Below, in pieces: positions 9,422 to 19,643 of a stretch of DNA of 64,000 bases. Origin of the DNA: a virus (taxonomy: Duplodnaviria > Caudoviricetes). The notes under the pieces were generated by a model that worked only from the letters and a program-made list of their open reading frames with translations, was not told where the DNA came from and did no database searches. Location of the stretch: positions 35,787 through 99,786 of the IMG/VR virus record IMGVR_UViG_3300029305_003800. The stretch is one strand, 5' to 3'. Both the position numbers and the translations under genes were made by a program. Position 1 is the stretch's first letter. Every line of letters starts with the position of its first letter.

Positions 9422-11107
9422 ATGTTAGAAATAGATATAAGAAGAGCAATTACTGTTCCTGGAATATATGCTTGTTTTTTGAAATTCTCTACTTACAATG
9501 AAAATTGGGTGGCAGTCATAAGATCATTTAACTGTAGAAAATATTATGCAGAAACAAGAGAGTGGGAATTCCCATTTTATAATTTAGGAGACATAATAAG
9601 TAGATATCCAAATCTTGAAATCAAAATTCACTTCAAAAAAGAGAAATTAGAAAATGATATTCTTGAAGTTCCAAAATTAGATCTTAAAAAAGAATTATTT
9701 AATCACCAAAAGATAGCAGTTGAATATGGTATAAATCATCCTAAATATCTCTTATTGGATACTATGGGATTAGGTAAAACTGCATCTATCATTGCTGAGG
9801 CAATAGCACTTAAAAAATTAGGAAAAATCAGACAATGTTTGATTATTTGTTGTGTAAGTGACTTACAATATAACTGGGAAGAAGAAATAAAGAAATTCTC
9901 AGATGAATCTTGTTATATTTTAGGTTCAAGATATCGTAAAAACGGAAAAAGATATGCAGGATCTATCAATGAAAGAATAGAAGATCTCAAAACACATAAA
10001 GAGTTCTTCTTAATTACAAATGCTGAAACATTACAAAAAGATAAATTTGTAGATACAGTAAATAATGAATTCAAGAAAACTCCAACTACAATAGACTTCC
10101 TTGCTATTGATGAGTGTCATAAGAAAACTGGAAATCCAGATAATCTTATGGGGAAAAATCTTATGAAATTAAGTGGTATTCCGTATATTGTTCCAATGAC
10201 AGGAACATTGATTAGAAATCGTCCTACAGATGCTTGGGTTCCACTAACTCTTATAGGAAAAGAACATTCAACCTATAGTCAATTCAAACATTATTATTGT
10301 GAATTTGGGGAGTATAATGAAGTCACTTCTTATAGAAATTTAGATGCTCTTCAAATGCAGTTATCTCAATGTTCTTTGCGTAGAGTAAAAGAAGATGTAT
10401 TAGATTTACCACCAAAACTTTATGAAAATGTTTATGTTACAATGAACGAAAGACAACAGATGATTTATGATGAAGTCTATAATCAACTTTTGGAAAATAT
10501 AGATAGAATTGAAGAAAGTCCAAATCCTTTGGCAATGCTTATAAGATTAAGACAAGCAACTGGATTTACAGGTATTTTATCTACAAGTATTCTTGAAAGT
10601 GCAAAGATGGACAGAATTGAAGAAGATGTTGATGAAATTGTTGAAAATAATAAAAAAGTTATTATTTATTCAAATTGGACAGAAATGACAGATGAATTGC
10701 AAAGAAGACTTGAAAAGAAATATAAAGTCTTATCTGTTGCAGGAAACACAGTGAAAAGTGGAGATCAAGTTGAAGAAATAAAGAGAAAATTCCAACAGGA
10801 TCCTGAATATAAAATTATCATAGGAACAACAGGAAAACTCGGAACAGGACATACTTTAACAGCAGCAGATTATATTCTATTCCTAGATGAACCATGGACT
10901 ATGGCAGATAAAGATCAAGCAACAGATAGAGCACATCGTCCTGGACTCACTCACTGTGTCAATATTAGAACTTATATTACAAAGGATACTATTGACGAAA
11001 AAGTAAATGAAATTGTAGAAGAAAAGGGTGCAGTAGCAGACTTTATTGTTGACGGTAAATCTAAAGATAATAGAAAACTTGCAAGATTCTTGCTAAACTT
11101 AGAATAA
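9422..11107 (+). CDS. SNF2-family helicase/ATPase
   Basis: DTMGLGKT, IDECH, MTGT, GTGHTLT, QATDRAHRPG. Confidence 0.9.
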   Translation: MLEIDIRRAITVPGIYACFLKFSTYNENWVAVIRSFNCRKYYAETREWEFPFYNLGDIISRYPNLEIKIHFKKEKLENDILEVPKLDLKKELFNHQKIAVEYGINHPKYLLLDTMGLGKTASIIAEAIALKKLGKIRQCLIICCVSDLQYNWEEEIKKFSDESCYILGSRYRKNGKRYAGSINERIEDLKTHKEFFLITNAETLQKDKFVDTVNNEFKKTPTTIDFLAIDECHKKTGNPDNLMGKNLMKLSGIPYIVPMTGTLIRNRPTDAWVPLTLIGKEHSTYSQFKHYYCEFGEYNEVTSYRNLDALQMQLSQCSLRRVKEDVLDLPPKLYENVYVTMNERQQMIYDEVYNQLLENIDRIEESPNPLAMLIRLRQATGFTGILSTSILESAKMDRIEEDVDEIVENNKKVIIYSNWTEMTDELQRRLEKKYKVLSVAGNTVKSGDQVEEIKRKFQQDPEYKIIIGTTGKLGTGHTLTAADYILFLDEPWTMADKDQATDRAHRPGLTHCVNIRTYITKDTIDEKVNEIVEEKGAVADFIVDGKSKDNRKLARFLLNLE

Positions 11108-11138
11108 TTCTTGAGGTGAAGAAAAATTAAATTACAAT
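11108..11138 (+). promoter_or_regulatory. TTGAGG-N16-TACAAT promoter with palindrome over the -35
   Basis: TTCTTGAGGTGAAGAA 11108-11123; TACAAT 11133-11138. Confidence 0.6.
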
Positions 11139-11158
11139 AAAACACGGAGGAATATCTT

Positions 11159-13228
11159 GTGCTAAATAAAATAGGTATAATAAAAAATATAGACTACGAG
11201 GCATTAAAAATAGAGTTGAAATCTCTTAATAGAGAGCAGAGACTTGACAAATATTGGAGAGATAATTTATCTAAAATTCAAACAATAAAATTAGATGATG
11301 AGAAAACTATTAGTCAAGGGGTTGAATTACTTTGTCCTTCTGGCTTTTATAATACATCAGAACAATGTTTTGAAGTGACTGAAAGGGAATTAAATAAAAT
11401 CTTAAAAGCAGAAAAACATTACAAGTCTTTAAATAATTATTTTGAAATAAGGTATATCAATGAAGACTTTGTTGCTTTTCTATATTCTTCTGAAAATGTT
11501 GCTGTTATACCTAGAAAATTTGTTGAAGTAGAATTTGCAAAAGACTACTCTATGTTGACTGTAAATGAAATAAGAAAGAAATTAACAACTAATTCTGAGA
11601 ATTTGCCAGTAAACTTTAATGAAAACTTATCTCTAAAAGATTATGAGAAGAATTTAGTTAAATGCGAAGAAGAATTAAAATTACAAGAAGAAAAGGCAAA
11701 ACAAGAATTAGATGCATTTAAACAAGAAATGTATAGAAAAGAACAAGAATTAAGAGAAAAGCAGGAACACATGCTTGCAGAGTATAGAGCAAAAATGGAG
11801 TCTATGAAAGATCAAATATACATACTTGAAATGAATATTCTTGCTCTTAGAAGTTATTTTGGAGAAACATTTTCTATATCACAAATATTTAAGGGTAAAA
11901 ATGCTTCAGATGATATTCCACTTATACTATTTCAAAAATTTAGATATATGGATGAAGATCTTGCAAGATTATCAGCAAATTCAGAATTTTCTACAGATAA
12001 AGTAGGAATAGAAGACTTATTCAAACATTATGGGAAATTATTTATTGAAACATTTTGTCCAAATGAAAAATGTATTACATTTTTTAAGGCAAGTAAAGAT
12101 AACAAAAAATTAAGTTATTGTAAAGATAATGATTGTATAAAAGAATTAGAATATTACCACGGAAATCAATTAGGAATGCTTATTAGAAATGGTGAAAACT
12201 TTTACACCTCATTTATTGATGAAGAAATAAAATTACAGGATAATTTATTTATGTCAAATTCTTCAACAAATTCAGAAAAACCTGTAGAAATAGGCAAATC
12301 AAAATTAAGAGATCCAGAAGTAAAGAATGTATTTAATAGAAGACATATATTTATTATTTTACAAGCACTTATTAAAAATACAAATATATTTAATTCATTG
12401 AAATCAGAAGACATATTCAATAGTAAAAATATTGTGTTTAGTAATGCAGATGGTCAAATTGAAAGTAATAAGTATCCGTCATTTACAGAATTCTTTTATA
12501 ACAATAGTGGTAGGTTCTATGACAAAATAAAAGAGGGTGATTTTATATTCATAGATGAAAACCATGCAGGATCTAAAATGGAGAATGACTATTGGGGATA
12601 TGGATATCACGAACAACATAGAGGAGTTGGATACAGAAACACTGGAAGAGACGCATCTATACATATGGGAATATCTAAAATAAGCATTATGAATAAACAA
12701 TCTAATGGTTATTTTGTTGAATATATTGAAAATGGCACAACATATAAAAAACATATATACAATTTAGACGACGAACTTGTAAAAATGGGAAGTAAGTATT
12801 ACCCAAAAATAGAAGTTGAATATTATACTTCTTGCAAGAGAGATATACAAGAATGGCAAAAAACTATTAGATGGGACGGAACCTACGCAAAAGTAAATAA
12901 TGCAAATCTAAGACTGTGGGAAGATGAGTTTATGTCAATTATGTGGTGCAATTCTAACTATGTTCAACAGTGGATAGATCATAAAGACTCAGGAAATGGA
13001 AAAAATTATGTTTACTTTGTAAAACAGTTAAAAGAACTTAAAGATTATTTACTTCAAAGAGAATGTAGAGAGTTCAATTTAATTAATAGTTTTCATAATA
13101 TTGAAAACAGTGTTGAAAACAAAGACATCTTACTAAATTGGAAGATTAAAAACAATGTTAGAAATATCACAGAATATCAAGCAAAGCGATTTGTAAAATA
13201 TTATAAGGAGGAAGTATTTCATGAATAA
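11159..13228 (+). CDS. large hypothetical protein with central coiled coil (689 aa)
   Basis: GGAGG RBS, GTG start, long ORF; no motif recognised. Confidence 0.75.
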   Translation: MLNKIGIIKNIDYEALKIELKSLNREQRLDKYWRDNLSKIQTIKLDDEKTISQGVELLCPSGFYNTSEQCFEVTERELNKILKAEKHYKSLNNYFEIRYINEDFVAFLYSSENVAVIPRKFVEVEFAKDYSMLTVNEIRKKLTTNSENLPVNFNENLSLKDYEKNLVKCEEELKLQEEKAKQELDAFKQEMYRKEQELREKQEHMLAEYRAKMESMKDQIYILEMNILALRSYFGETFSISQIFKGKNASDDIPLILFQKFRYMDEDLARLSANSEFSTDKVGIEDLFKHYGKLFIETFCPNEKCITFFKASKDNKKLSYCKDNDCIKELEYYHGNQLGMLIRNGENFYTSFIDEEIKLQDNLFMSNSSTNSEKPVEIGKSKLRDPEVKNVFNRRHIFIILQALIKNTNIFNSLKSEDIFNSKNIVFSNADGQIESNKYPSFTEFFYNNSGRFYDKIKEGDFIFIDENHAGSKMENDYWGYGYHEQHRGVGYRNTGRDASIHMGISKISIMNKQSNGYFVEYIENGTTYKKHIYNLDDELVKMGSKYYPKIEVEYYTSCKRDIQEWQKTIRWDGTYAKVNNANLRLWEDEFMSIMWCNSNYVQQWIDHKDSGNGKNYVYFVKQLKELKDYLLQRECREFNLINSFHNIENSVENKDILLNWKIKNNVRNITEYQAKRFVKYYKEEVFHE

Positions 13229-13508
13229 GTATGAAAAACAGTTTGAACAACTAATTGCAGGAACATTGAGTGATAAAGATTATGATTCAGAATGTAATAT
13301 TGAAAAATGTATGGGATGTTCTGCAGGAACATGTCCATTTAAGCAGAAAATTAAAGAAGAATATATGCTAAATTTGATGCTTGAAAATATGTGTTCTACA
13401 GATGAAGAAAAAGAAATACTAAGAAATGCAATAAAGAACAAAGAACCAGAGGCACTAGAATTATTAAATCAATTTATAGAATTGAGCAAATCTAAAATTC
13501 AATTATAA
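13221..13508 (+). CDS. hypothetical protein
   Basis: AAGGAGG RBS; Cys cluster. Confidence 0.6.
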   Translation: MNKYEKQFEQLIAGTLSDKDYDSECNIEKCMGCSAGTCPFKQKIKEEYMLNLMLENMCSTDEEKEILRNAIKNKEPEALELLNQFIELSKSKIQL

Positions 13509-13525
13509 TAAATATGGAGGATATT

Positions 13526-13930
13526 ATGGAAGAAATTAAAAACTATACGGAAGAAGAAATTGCAACTATGAAAAAGGAATTGGCAGAACTCAGTTTGTCA
13601 ATGAAAGAGAGCAATTTGAAGAAGAAAGAATTTACAAATAAACTTGATTTACAAAAGGAAAGATTCAAAGAACTAGCAGATATTCTTGGTGTAAATGAAT
13701 ATCATGATGAATTTGTAAAGGTTACAATCACAGAAATTGATAAATCATTTTTGAGAGAAGATGAAACATTAGATTATTTAAGAAAGAATAATCTTACAGA
13801 GTATATTCATACAAAAGAATTCTTTGATTATGCAGAACTTGAAATGGCAGCCGTTCAAAAGAAAATTAAACCACAAGATCTTGCACAATTTAAGGAAGAA
13901 AAATCAGAGAGAAGAATTAATATAAAATAA
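13526..13930 (+). CDS. hypothetical coiled-coil protein
   Basis: GGAGG RBS before ATG 13526; TTGAGC-N16-TATAAT at 13482-13509. Confidence 0.65.
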   Translation: MEEIKNYTEEEIATMKKELAELSLSMKESNLKKKEFTNKLDLQKERFKELADILGVNEYHDEFVKVTITEIDKSFLREDETLDYLRKNNLTEYIHTKEFFDYAELEMAAVQKKIKPQDLAQFKEEKSERRINIK

Positions 13931-13943
13931 TTTTGGAAATCTC

Positions 13944-13972
13944 TTGTCTTTTGTCTTAAATAAGAGTAAAAT
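13944..13972 (+). promoter_or_regulatory. sigma-A-type early promoter (TTGTCT-N17-TAAAAT)
   Basis: Shares CTCTTGYCTTTT context with the 3200, 18627 and 58585 promoters. Confidence 0.6.
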
Positions 13973-14021
13973 TAGTATTATGAAGTTAAAATAGTGAAAA
14001 TAGTAACATTTTATCATAATA

Positions 14022-14150
14022 GGCTCTGTATTTGAATTTGCCTCTTCAAATACAGAGAAAGAATTCAATACAGAGTCTTTAATTAGACTATACTGGATTA
14101 TCCTGAGGCAACACGAAAGTGTAGAAATAATTTGGTATAGTCTTTTTATT
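14022..14150 (+). promoter_or_regulatory. structured leader/attenuator of the replication operon
   Basis: 13-bp hairpin 14024-14057, competing strand 14061-14077, terminator-like hairpin from 14085 plus T-tract, complementary loops TTGCCTC/GAGGCAA. Confidence 0.6.
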
Positions 14151-14171
14151 TTATTTTGGGAGAACTTTTAT

Positions 14172-14462
14172 ATGAATATTAAGGATTATGAAAATAAATT
14201 AAAAGAAAATAAAATAGATGTAGTTGATTTTGGGATCACACAAGCATACTATATAAAAACTAATTTAGGAGTGATTCATATAAACAAAGAAGGAATTATC
14301 ACATCTATTACAGGAAATGATAATACTAGAATAAAACTATGTGAGATATTTAATTATCCTACCCAAAGAACAAAGAAAAGATGGGAATATAAAGTTGATT
14401 ACTTAGAAAGTAGAATAGCATATTTAGAACAATTACTGAAATCAAATAACATTCAATACTAA
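14172..14462 (+). CDS. hypothetical protein
   Basis: GGGAG RBS. Confidence 0.6.
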   Translation: MNIKDYENKLKENKIDVVDFGITQAYYIKTNLGVIHINKEGIITSITGNDNTRIKLCEIFNYPTQRTKKRWEYKVDYLESRIAYLEQLLKSNNIQY

Positions 14463-14512
14463 AATTACACCTATTGGTGAAATCACCAATACCTATTAAT
14501 CAGGAGGAAATT

Positions 14513-15577
14513 ATGAATCAAAATAGAGATTTTAAGGGAGTTTGGATACCAAAAGAAGTCTGGTTAGATGAAAGATTAAATATGCTAGATAAAGGTATTC
14601 TGATGGAAATTGATAGTTTAGATAATGGAAAAGGATGCTATGCAAAAAACGAATATTTAGCAAAGTTTTGTCAATGTAGTGAGTCTAAAATATCAGAAAC
14701 AGTTAGTAAGTTAATAAAACTTGAATATATAAGATTAGAAAACTTTGATGGCAGAACAAGAATTCTTAAGTCAAATCTTAGATACAGTAATCTGCCTACT
14801 ATTTTTAACAAGTCTGATAACAATTATTCTGATGAAAATAAGTCTGCCTGCTATAATATAGGCACTAATATTAATATGAATCAATTAGATCCTTCTATAG
14901 AAATAGAAGTCTCTAATAAAGATTCAATTAATAATATAATAAATAATAAAGAGAGAGAGCAGTTTGCTGATGCAAACAGCACACATACTATTAAAATAAA
15001 AGATGAAAATACTGTTAAAGAAATTACTAAAAATGAAAATAAAGAATTAAATGTAGAGGCAGACTCATTGTTTGATGTATTTAGTTCAGGATATAAAGGA
15101 GACACAAGTCAAAGAGCAAGACTTAGACAAACAATGAATTCAAATGGCACAGTAGCAAAAGAGTTATTTGATTATTGGAATAGTAAAAAACTTAGAGTGC
15201 ATCATCAATATCAATCTCATTACTTAGAAAGATTAGATAAGTATTTATTGACAAATACAATTGAAACACTATATAAAGCAATAGATAATTATGAAAAAGT
15301 TCAACATGATAAAGAATTCTTTTGGGATTATGTATGGGACTTACAAGATTTTATAGATATAAAACAAAAGAGATATGAGAGATTTTTAGATGGTGGAGAT
15401 ATTTGGGATAAGTATAGAGCAGGAACAAAAGATCAACAAGCATTTAGAAGAACGGCATTCCATAATGAAGAATACAATAAAGCAAGAGCAGAAGGAAAAA
15501 GTCTAAAAGAATTAGACGATAAAATTGCAAAAGAACAAGAGGAATGGCGAAAGAGACCTGATGTAATTCACTTATAA
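14513..15577 (+). CDS. phage replication initiator (N-terminal winged HTH)
   Basis: AGGAGG RBS before ATG 14513; [15 protein letters not shown]...[16 protein letters not shown]; precedes DnaC/DnaB/primase. Confidence 0.75.
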   Translation: MNQNRDFKGVWIPKEVWLDERLNMLDKGILMEIDSLDNGKGCYAKNEYLAKFCQCSESKISETVSKLIKLEYIRLENFDGRTRILKSNLRYSNLPTIFNKSDNNYSDENKSACYNIGTNINMNQLDPSIEIEVSNKDSINNIINNKEREQFADANSTHTIKIKDENTVKEITKNENKELNVEADSLFDVFSSGYKGDTSQRARLRQTMNSNGTVAKELFDYWNSKKLRVHHQYQSHYLERLDKYLLTNTIETLYKAIDNYEKVQHDKEFFWDYVWDLQDFIDIKQKRYERFLDGGDIWDKYRAGTKDQQAFRRTAFHNEEYNKARAEGKSLKELDDKIAKEQEEWRKRPDVIHL

Positions 15578-15598
15578 TAAAATTGATGGAGGAAATCA

Positions 15599-16303
15599 AT
15601 GGACAACAAAGATTATACATATGAATTTGACTTAGATTTATGTTGTTGGAAGAATGTCTGTGGTATAAAGAATACAAGTCATTGTAATGTGACATGTCCT
15701 AGATATTCTAAGATGCACTATTTGTTGGGTAACAGTTTATTACCAAAACAATGGTGGTATCCGAAACCATTTGATACATATGAAACACATGTAGATTATG
15801 AAGCACATTTAAGATGTTTTAAGATTAAGAATGAAATTGTAGATTTTGTAGAGAAGGGAAAACAACTAATAATTTATGGAAAGAATTCAGGATCTGGAAA
15901 GACACACATTTCAACAAGATTACTATTGTCCTATTTTGGTAAAATATGGGAACTTACTTCATTTAGACCACGAGGATTGTTTATAGATGTTCAAAAATTA
16001 TTTGATGAATCAAAGAAATTTAATTCAGATTATAAAGAATTTATAATGGCAAATATATCTACAGTAGATTTAGTAGTGTGGGACGATTTAGGAGTAAAAG
16101 ATTCAGTTGGCGAAAAGAATATGGATATTTTATTCACCATGATAAATGAAAGAGAATTAAATGGCAAAGCAAATATATTTACAACAAATAAAAATTCAGA
16201 AGAGTTATTTGACTACTTAGGTGAACGATTATACAGCAGAATAGTTAGATCAGCAGAGACCATAGAGTTCAAGTCACAAGACAACAGGAGGTTGAAAGCA
16301 TGA
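15599..16303 (+). CDS. DnaC/IstB-like helicase loader ATPase
   Basis: GKNSGSGKT, LVVWDDLG, IFTTN, RLYSRI; N-terminal Cys cluster. Confidence 0.85.
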   Translation: MDNKDYTYEFDLDLCCWKNVCGIKNTSHCNVTCPRYSKMHYLLGNSLLPKQWWYPKPFDTYETHVDYEAHLRCFKIKNEIVDFVEKGKQLIIYGKNSGSGKTHISTRLLLSYFGKIWELTSFRPRGLFIDVQKLFDESKKFNSDYKEFIMANISTVDLVVWDDLGVKDSVGEKNMDILFTMINERELNGKANIFTTNKNSEELFDYLGERLYSRIVRSAETIEFKSQDNRRLKA

Positions 16304-17625
16304 TTGAGGTTCAAGTATTATGTGCGTGTTTGGATAGAAAAGACTTTTCATTTTTAAGACTTAACGATATTGATGAGCAATACTTCCCAAATTATAAAGA
16401 AGAATATAAATTTATTGAAAATCATGTTAATAAATTTGGTAATGTTCCAGATAAGGCAACATTTATAGATAAGTTTAGAGAATTTACATTTGAAGAAGTG
16501 TATGAAACAACAAATTATCTTGTAGATAAAATCCGTGAAGAGCATATATTTAATATTTTTGCACAAATGTTAAATGATGTTGCTAAGAAATTGAAGAATG
16601 GTGAAGACTCTCGTGAAGTCGCATCTTATATGATATCTAAAATTCCTGATTTGCAAAAGAAACTTAATTTTGAAGCAACAGATTTGATTCATAATTTTGA
16701 GTCAAGATATAAGAAATATGAAGAAAGATCATTAAATCCAGAAAAAGCATTCTTCAAATTTGGTATTCCAGAACTAGATGCAGTTACGGGTGGTATAGAT
16801 AGAAATGAAGATTTAGGTGTTATTTCAGCATCTACAGGACAAGGAAAATCATGGTGGGCAATATTTATAGGATTGTCAGTAGCAAAGCAAGGATATAAAG
16901 TGGGATATTATGCAGGAGAAATGTCAAAAGATCTCGTAGGTTGGAGAATTGATACAATGCATAGTCATATATCAAACTTTGCGTTAACTAGAGGAAATAT
17001 TCATATAAAAGATGATTATAAACATGCTCTTGAAGATTTAAGAAAGAATACTACAGGACAATTTTGGTGTGCGACTCCTGAAGATTTTGGAGACGCACCA
17101 ACAGTTGCAAAATTAGGAGCATTTATTGAGAAATTTGATTTGGATATGCTTATTGTAGATCAGTTATCTTTAGTTAAAGACTCGGGTCCAATGAAGAAAA
17201 GAGATGAAGCATATGCAAACATTTCAAAAGATATGAAACTTTTACAAGTAAGAAAAAGAATTCCTATTTACGAGGTGTCTCAATTAAATAGAGGAGCATC
17301 TGCTAAGGATGTTGTAGATCCAGGAACAGAACATATGGCAGGATCTAATAGAATATCAGAAGATGCCACATTGGCATTATCTATAAAGCAGAAACAACCA
17401 AATACACTAGAGATAAGAATAATGAAGGGAAGAAATGTTCCTGCTGGAAGTAAGTTAACATACAATTGGAATATAGACACATTTAATTTAGTATATGTAA
17501 AAACAGAAGATGATGTGTATACAGAACACTTAAAGAAACTAGAAAAGAAAGGTATAAAACAAGATCCACAACCAACAGAAAAAGAAGTATATAAAGATAA
17601 TTATGAAGGAACAGATCCATTTTAA
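16300..17625 (+). CDS. dnaB: replicative DNA helicase, DnaB family
   Basis: ASTGQGKS, YYAGEM, LIVDQLSL, SQLNR, KGRN. Confidence 0.9.
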   Translation: MIEVQVLCACLDRKDFSFLRLNDIDEQYFPNYKEEYKFIENHVNKFGNVPDKATFIDKFREFTFEEVYETTNYLVDKIREEHIFNIFAQMLNDVAKKLKNGEDSREVASYMISKIPDLQKKLNFEATDLIHNFESRYKKYEERSLNPEKAFFKFGIPELDAVTGGIDRNEDLGVISASTGQGKSWWAIFIGLSVAKQGYKVGYYAGEMSKDLVGWRIDTMHSHISNFALTRGNIHIKDDYKHALEDLRKNTTGQFWCATPEDFGDAPTVAKLGAFIEKFDLDMLIVDQLSLVKDSGPMKKRDEAYANISKDMKLLQVRKRIPIYEVSQLNRGASAKDVVDPGTEHMAGSNRISEDATLALSIKQKQPNTLEIRIMKGRNVPAGSKLTYNWNIDTFNLVYVKTEDDVYTEHLKKLEKKGIKQDPQPTEKEVYKDNYEGTDPF

Positions 17626-17633
17626 GGAGTATT

Positions 17634-18599
17634 ATGCTAAGAGTAGGAAATAAAGTGGTCAAGGCAACTGTAACTGAGATTTTAGAAAGATTTAGAGAAT
17701 ATGCATTTGACCACGATATCAAATGTTTTAATGAAATTCATTTCAAAGGTTCAGATATACTTGTAACTTGTCCTAATAGAAATCACAAAAATATGTGTGA
17801 GAGAAATCCTAGTTGCTATATAGCAAACAAAGATATAGGAACAGTAAGAGAAGGAACAGTCCACTGCTTTAGTTGTGGATATAAAGCATCTCTTGATTAT
17901 ACATTAAGTCAATGTATGGGAATAAGAGATGATGGTGAGTGGGGCAGAACTTGGATTTTAGAGAACTTTATAAATTCAGATGAGTTTTCAAGAGATATAG
18001 AAATAGATTTAATAGAAACAAAAGAAGAGCAACACTTCATAACAGATGCAGAATTAGATCAGTATAGATACAATCATCCATATTGGCAGAAAAGAAAAAT
18101 TGATGAAGAAACAATGATAAAATTTGATTTAGGATATGATAGATATTCAAAATCAATTACAATGCCATGTTGGGATTATCAAGGAAGATGTATAGGTGTA
18201 ACAAAAAGAAAAGTGTCTTCAAAATGGTTTTATATTCCAGAGGGAGTCACCAAACCAATTTATTTAATGAATTATGCACTTAAAGAGGGATGGAAAGATA
18301 TTTATCTATGCGAGAGTCAAATAAATGCTCTTTACATGAATAGTTTAGGTTATCATGCTTGTGCATGTTTTGGAACAGGTTCAGAAGAACAAGCGAGAGA
18401 CTTAAATAGATTAGGAATAAGGTCTATTGTGTTTTGTTTTGATGGAGACAATCCAGGAAGAATTGGTAGAGAACGAATGAAAAAACAATTATCAAATAGA
18501 ATAATATGTAGTTATATAGATTTACCAGAAGGAAAAGATATGAACGATTTGAGTCCGGAAGAAGTCCACCAAATTGTTAAGACGGCAAAATTATTTTAG
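17634..18599 (+). CDS. dnaG: DNA primase (zinc-binding domain plus TOPRIM)
   Basis: CP..H...NPSC...HCFSC; YLCESQINA; FDGD.PG; KDMND. Confidence 0.88.
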   Translation: MLRVGNKVVKATVTEILERFREYAFDHDIKCFNEIHFKGSDILVTCPNRNHKNMCERNPSCYIANKDIGTVREGTVHCFSCGYKASLDYTLSQCMGIRDDGEWGRTWILENFINSDEFSRDIEIDLIETKEEQHFITDAELDQYRYNHPYWQKRKIDEETMIKFDLGYDRYSKSITMPCWDYQGRCIGVTKRKVSSKWFYIPEGVTKPIYLMNYALKEGWKDIYLCESQINALYMNSLGYHACACFGTGSEEQARDLNRLGIRSIVFCFDGDNPGRIGRERMKKQLSNRIICSYIDLPEGKDMNDLSPEEVHQIVKTAKLF

Positions 18600-18613
18600 A
18601 AAATTAAAAAAAC

Positions 18614-18655
18614 TCGTCTGATCCTCTTGCCTTTTTTCGGTAAAAAGAATATAAT
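18614..18655 (+). promoter_or_regulatory. sigma-A-type early promoter (copy of 3187-3228)
   Basis: TTGCCT 18627-18632, N17, TATAAT 18650-18655. Confidence 0.75.
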
Positions 18656-18698
18656 AGTAGTAGATGGTAGGAAATCATCTGAAAGGAGAATTAAAATT

Positions 18699-19559
18699 AT
18701 GTTAGAAACTTACAAACAATTCAAAAGAGCAACAGAAGACAAGTATGTTGCAAAGACTAATGAAGAATTAGTTGAAATCTACAAAGGTGCAAAGATGGAA
18801 TATGAAAGATCTCAATCTATTGGAGCATTATTTGTAAAGAACTTCCCACAAATAATAAAGATTACAAGTAAATATGATTATTTGGAATCATCAGAAAAAG
18901 CAGGAAGAGTAGCATTAGAATTAGTAAAATCATTAGAAGAATATAATGGCGAGACTAAATTCATAACCTACTTAACCACAAGAATAAATAATTTGTTTTT
19001 ATGGGATTTAGGAAGCAATGGAAAGAAAATAAAATTCTTTAATGAGATGGAAAGCATAAGTCAACACGAATGTTTAGATAAAGATGGTCATTTTTCTTCA
19101 AATCAAAATGAGCATTACATGCAAATTGAAGATAAATATGAAACACAAAGATATAAAGCAATAGAATTAAGAATAAACATAGAAAAGGCATTTGAAGATG
19201 AATTAAATTCTTATGCTGGAACATCAGAATATAGTAAACAAAAGAAAAGAATTGAGTTTAATAAAACAGTTTTAGAAATATTATCTGAAGATCCATCTTT
19301 GTGTGCATCACAAATAGCACGAAAAATGGGACTATTTAGAAAGAAAGAAGAATATGAAGAAAGACAATCTGCACCAGATGTAGAAATTATAGTAAAGAAA
19401 GATGAAAACGGAAATGTTGTAACAGATAAGTTTGGCAGAGTTATGTTAGAAGAAAAAGTTACAACATTGGTAAGAAAAGCGAATTGGAATAGAGTTCAAA
19501 AGGCAATAAGAGAAATTCGCGAAATGTTTATAAATTATAATGTTTGTTCAGAACTTTAA
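18699..19559 (+). CDS. phage sigma-70-like factor (divergent)
   Basis: AAAGGAG RBS before ATG 18699; region-2-like TNEELV..YK...LFVKNFPQI..ITSKY...LVKSLEEY...KFITYL..RINN; C-terminal HTH-like ASQIARKMGL. Confidence 0.6.
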   Translation: MLETYKQFKRATEDKYVAKTNEELVEIYKGAKMEYERSQSIGALFVKNFPQIIKITSKYDYLESSEKAGRVALELVKSLEEYNGETKFITYLTTRINNLFLWDLGSNGKKIKFFNEMESISQHECLDKDGHFSSNQNEHYMQIEDKYETQRYKAIELRINIEKAFEDELNSYAGTSEYSKQKKRIEFNKTVLEILSEDPSLCASQIARKMGLFRKKEEYEERQSAPDVEIIVKKDENGNVVTDKFGRVMLEEKVTTLVRKANWNRVQKAIREIREMFINYNVCSEL

Positions 19560-19574
19560 TATTCTAATAAAAGT

Positions 19575-19602
19575 TTGAGGTAATGGATGAATTCATTATA
19601 AT
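19575..19602 (+). promoter_or_regulatory. TTGAGG-N16-TATAAT promoter
   Basis: exact motif upstream of SSB/polymerase. Confidence 0.65.
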
Positions 19603-19643
19603 AAAGTAGAGCCAAAAATAATGTATAAGGAGGACATGAAGTA

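Noticed and set aside
18627-18698. TTG start extension of the sigma-like ORF
   Set aside because: The TTG is the -35 box of the early promoter; the RBS-supported start is ATG 18699.
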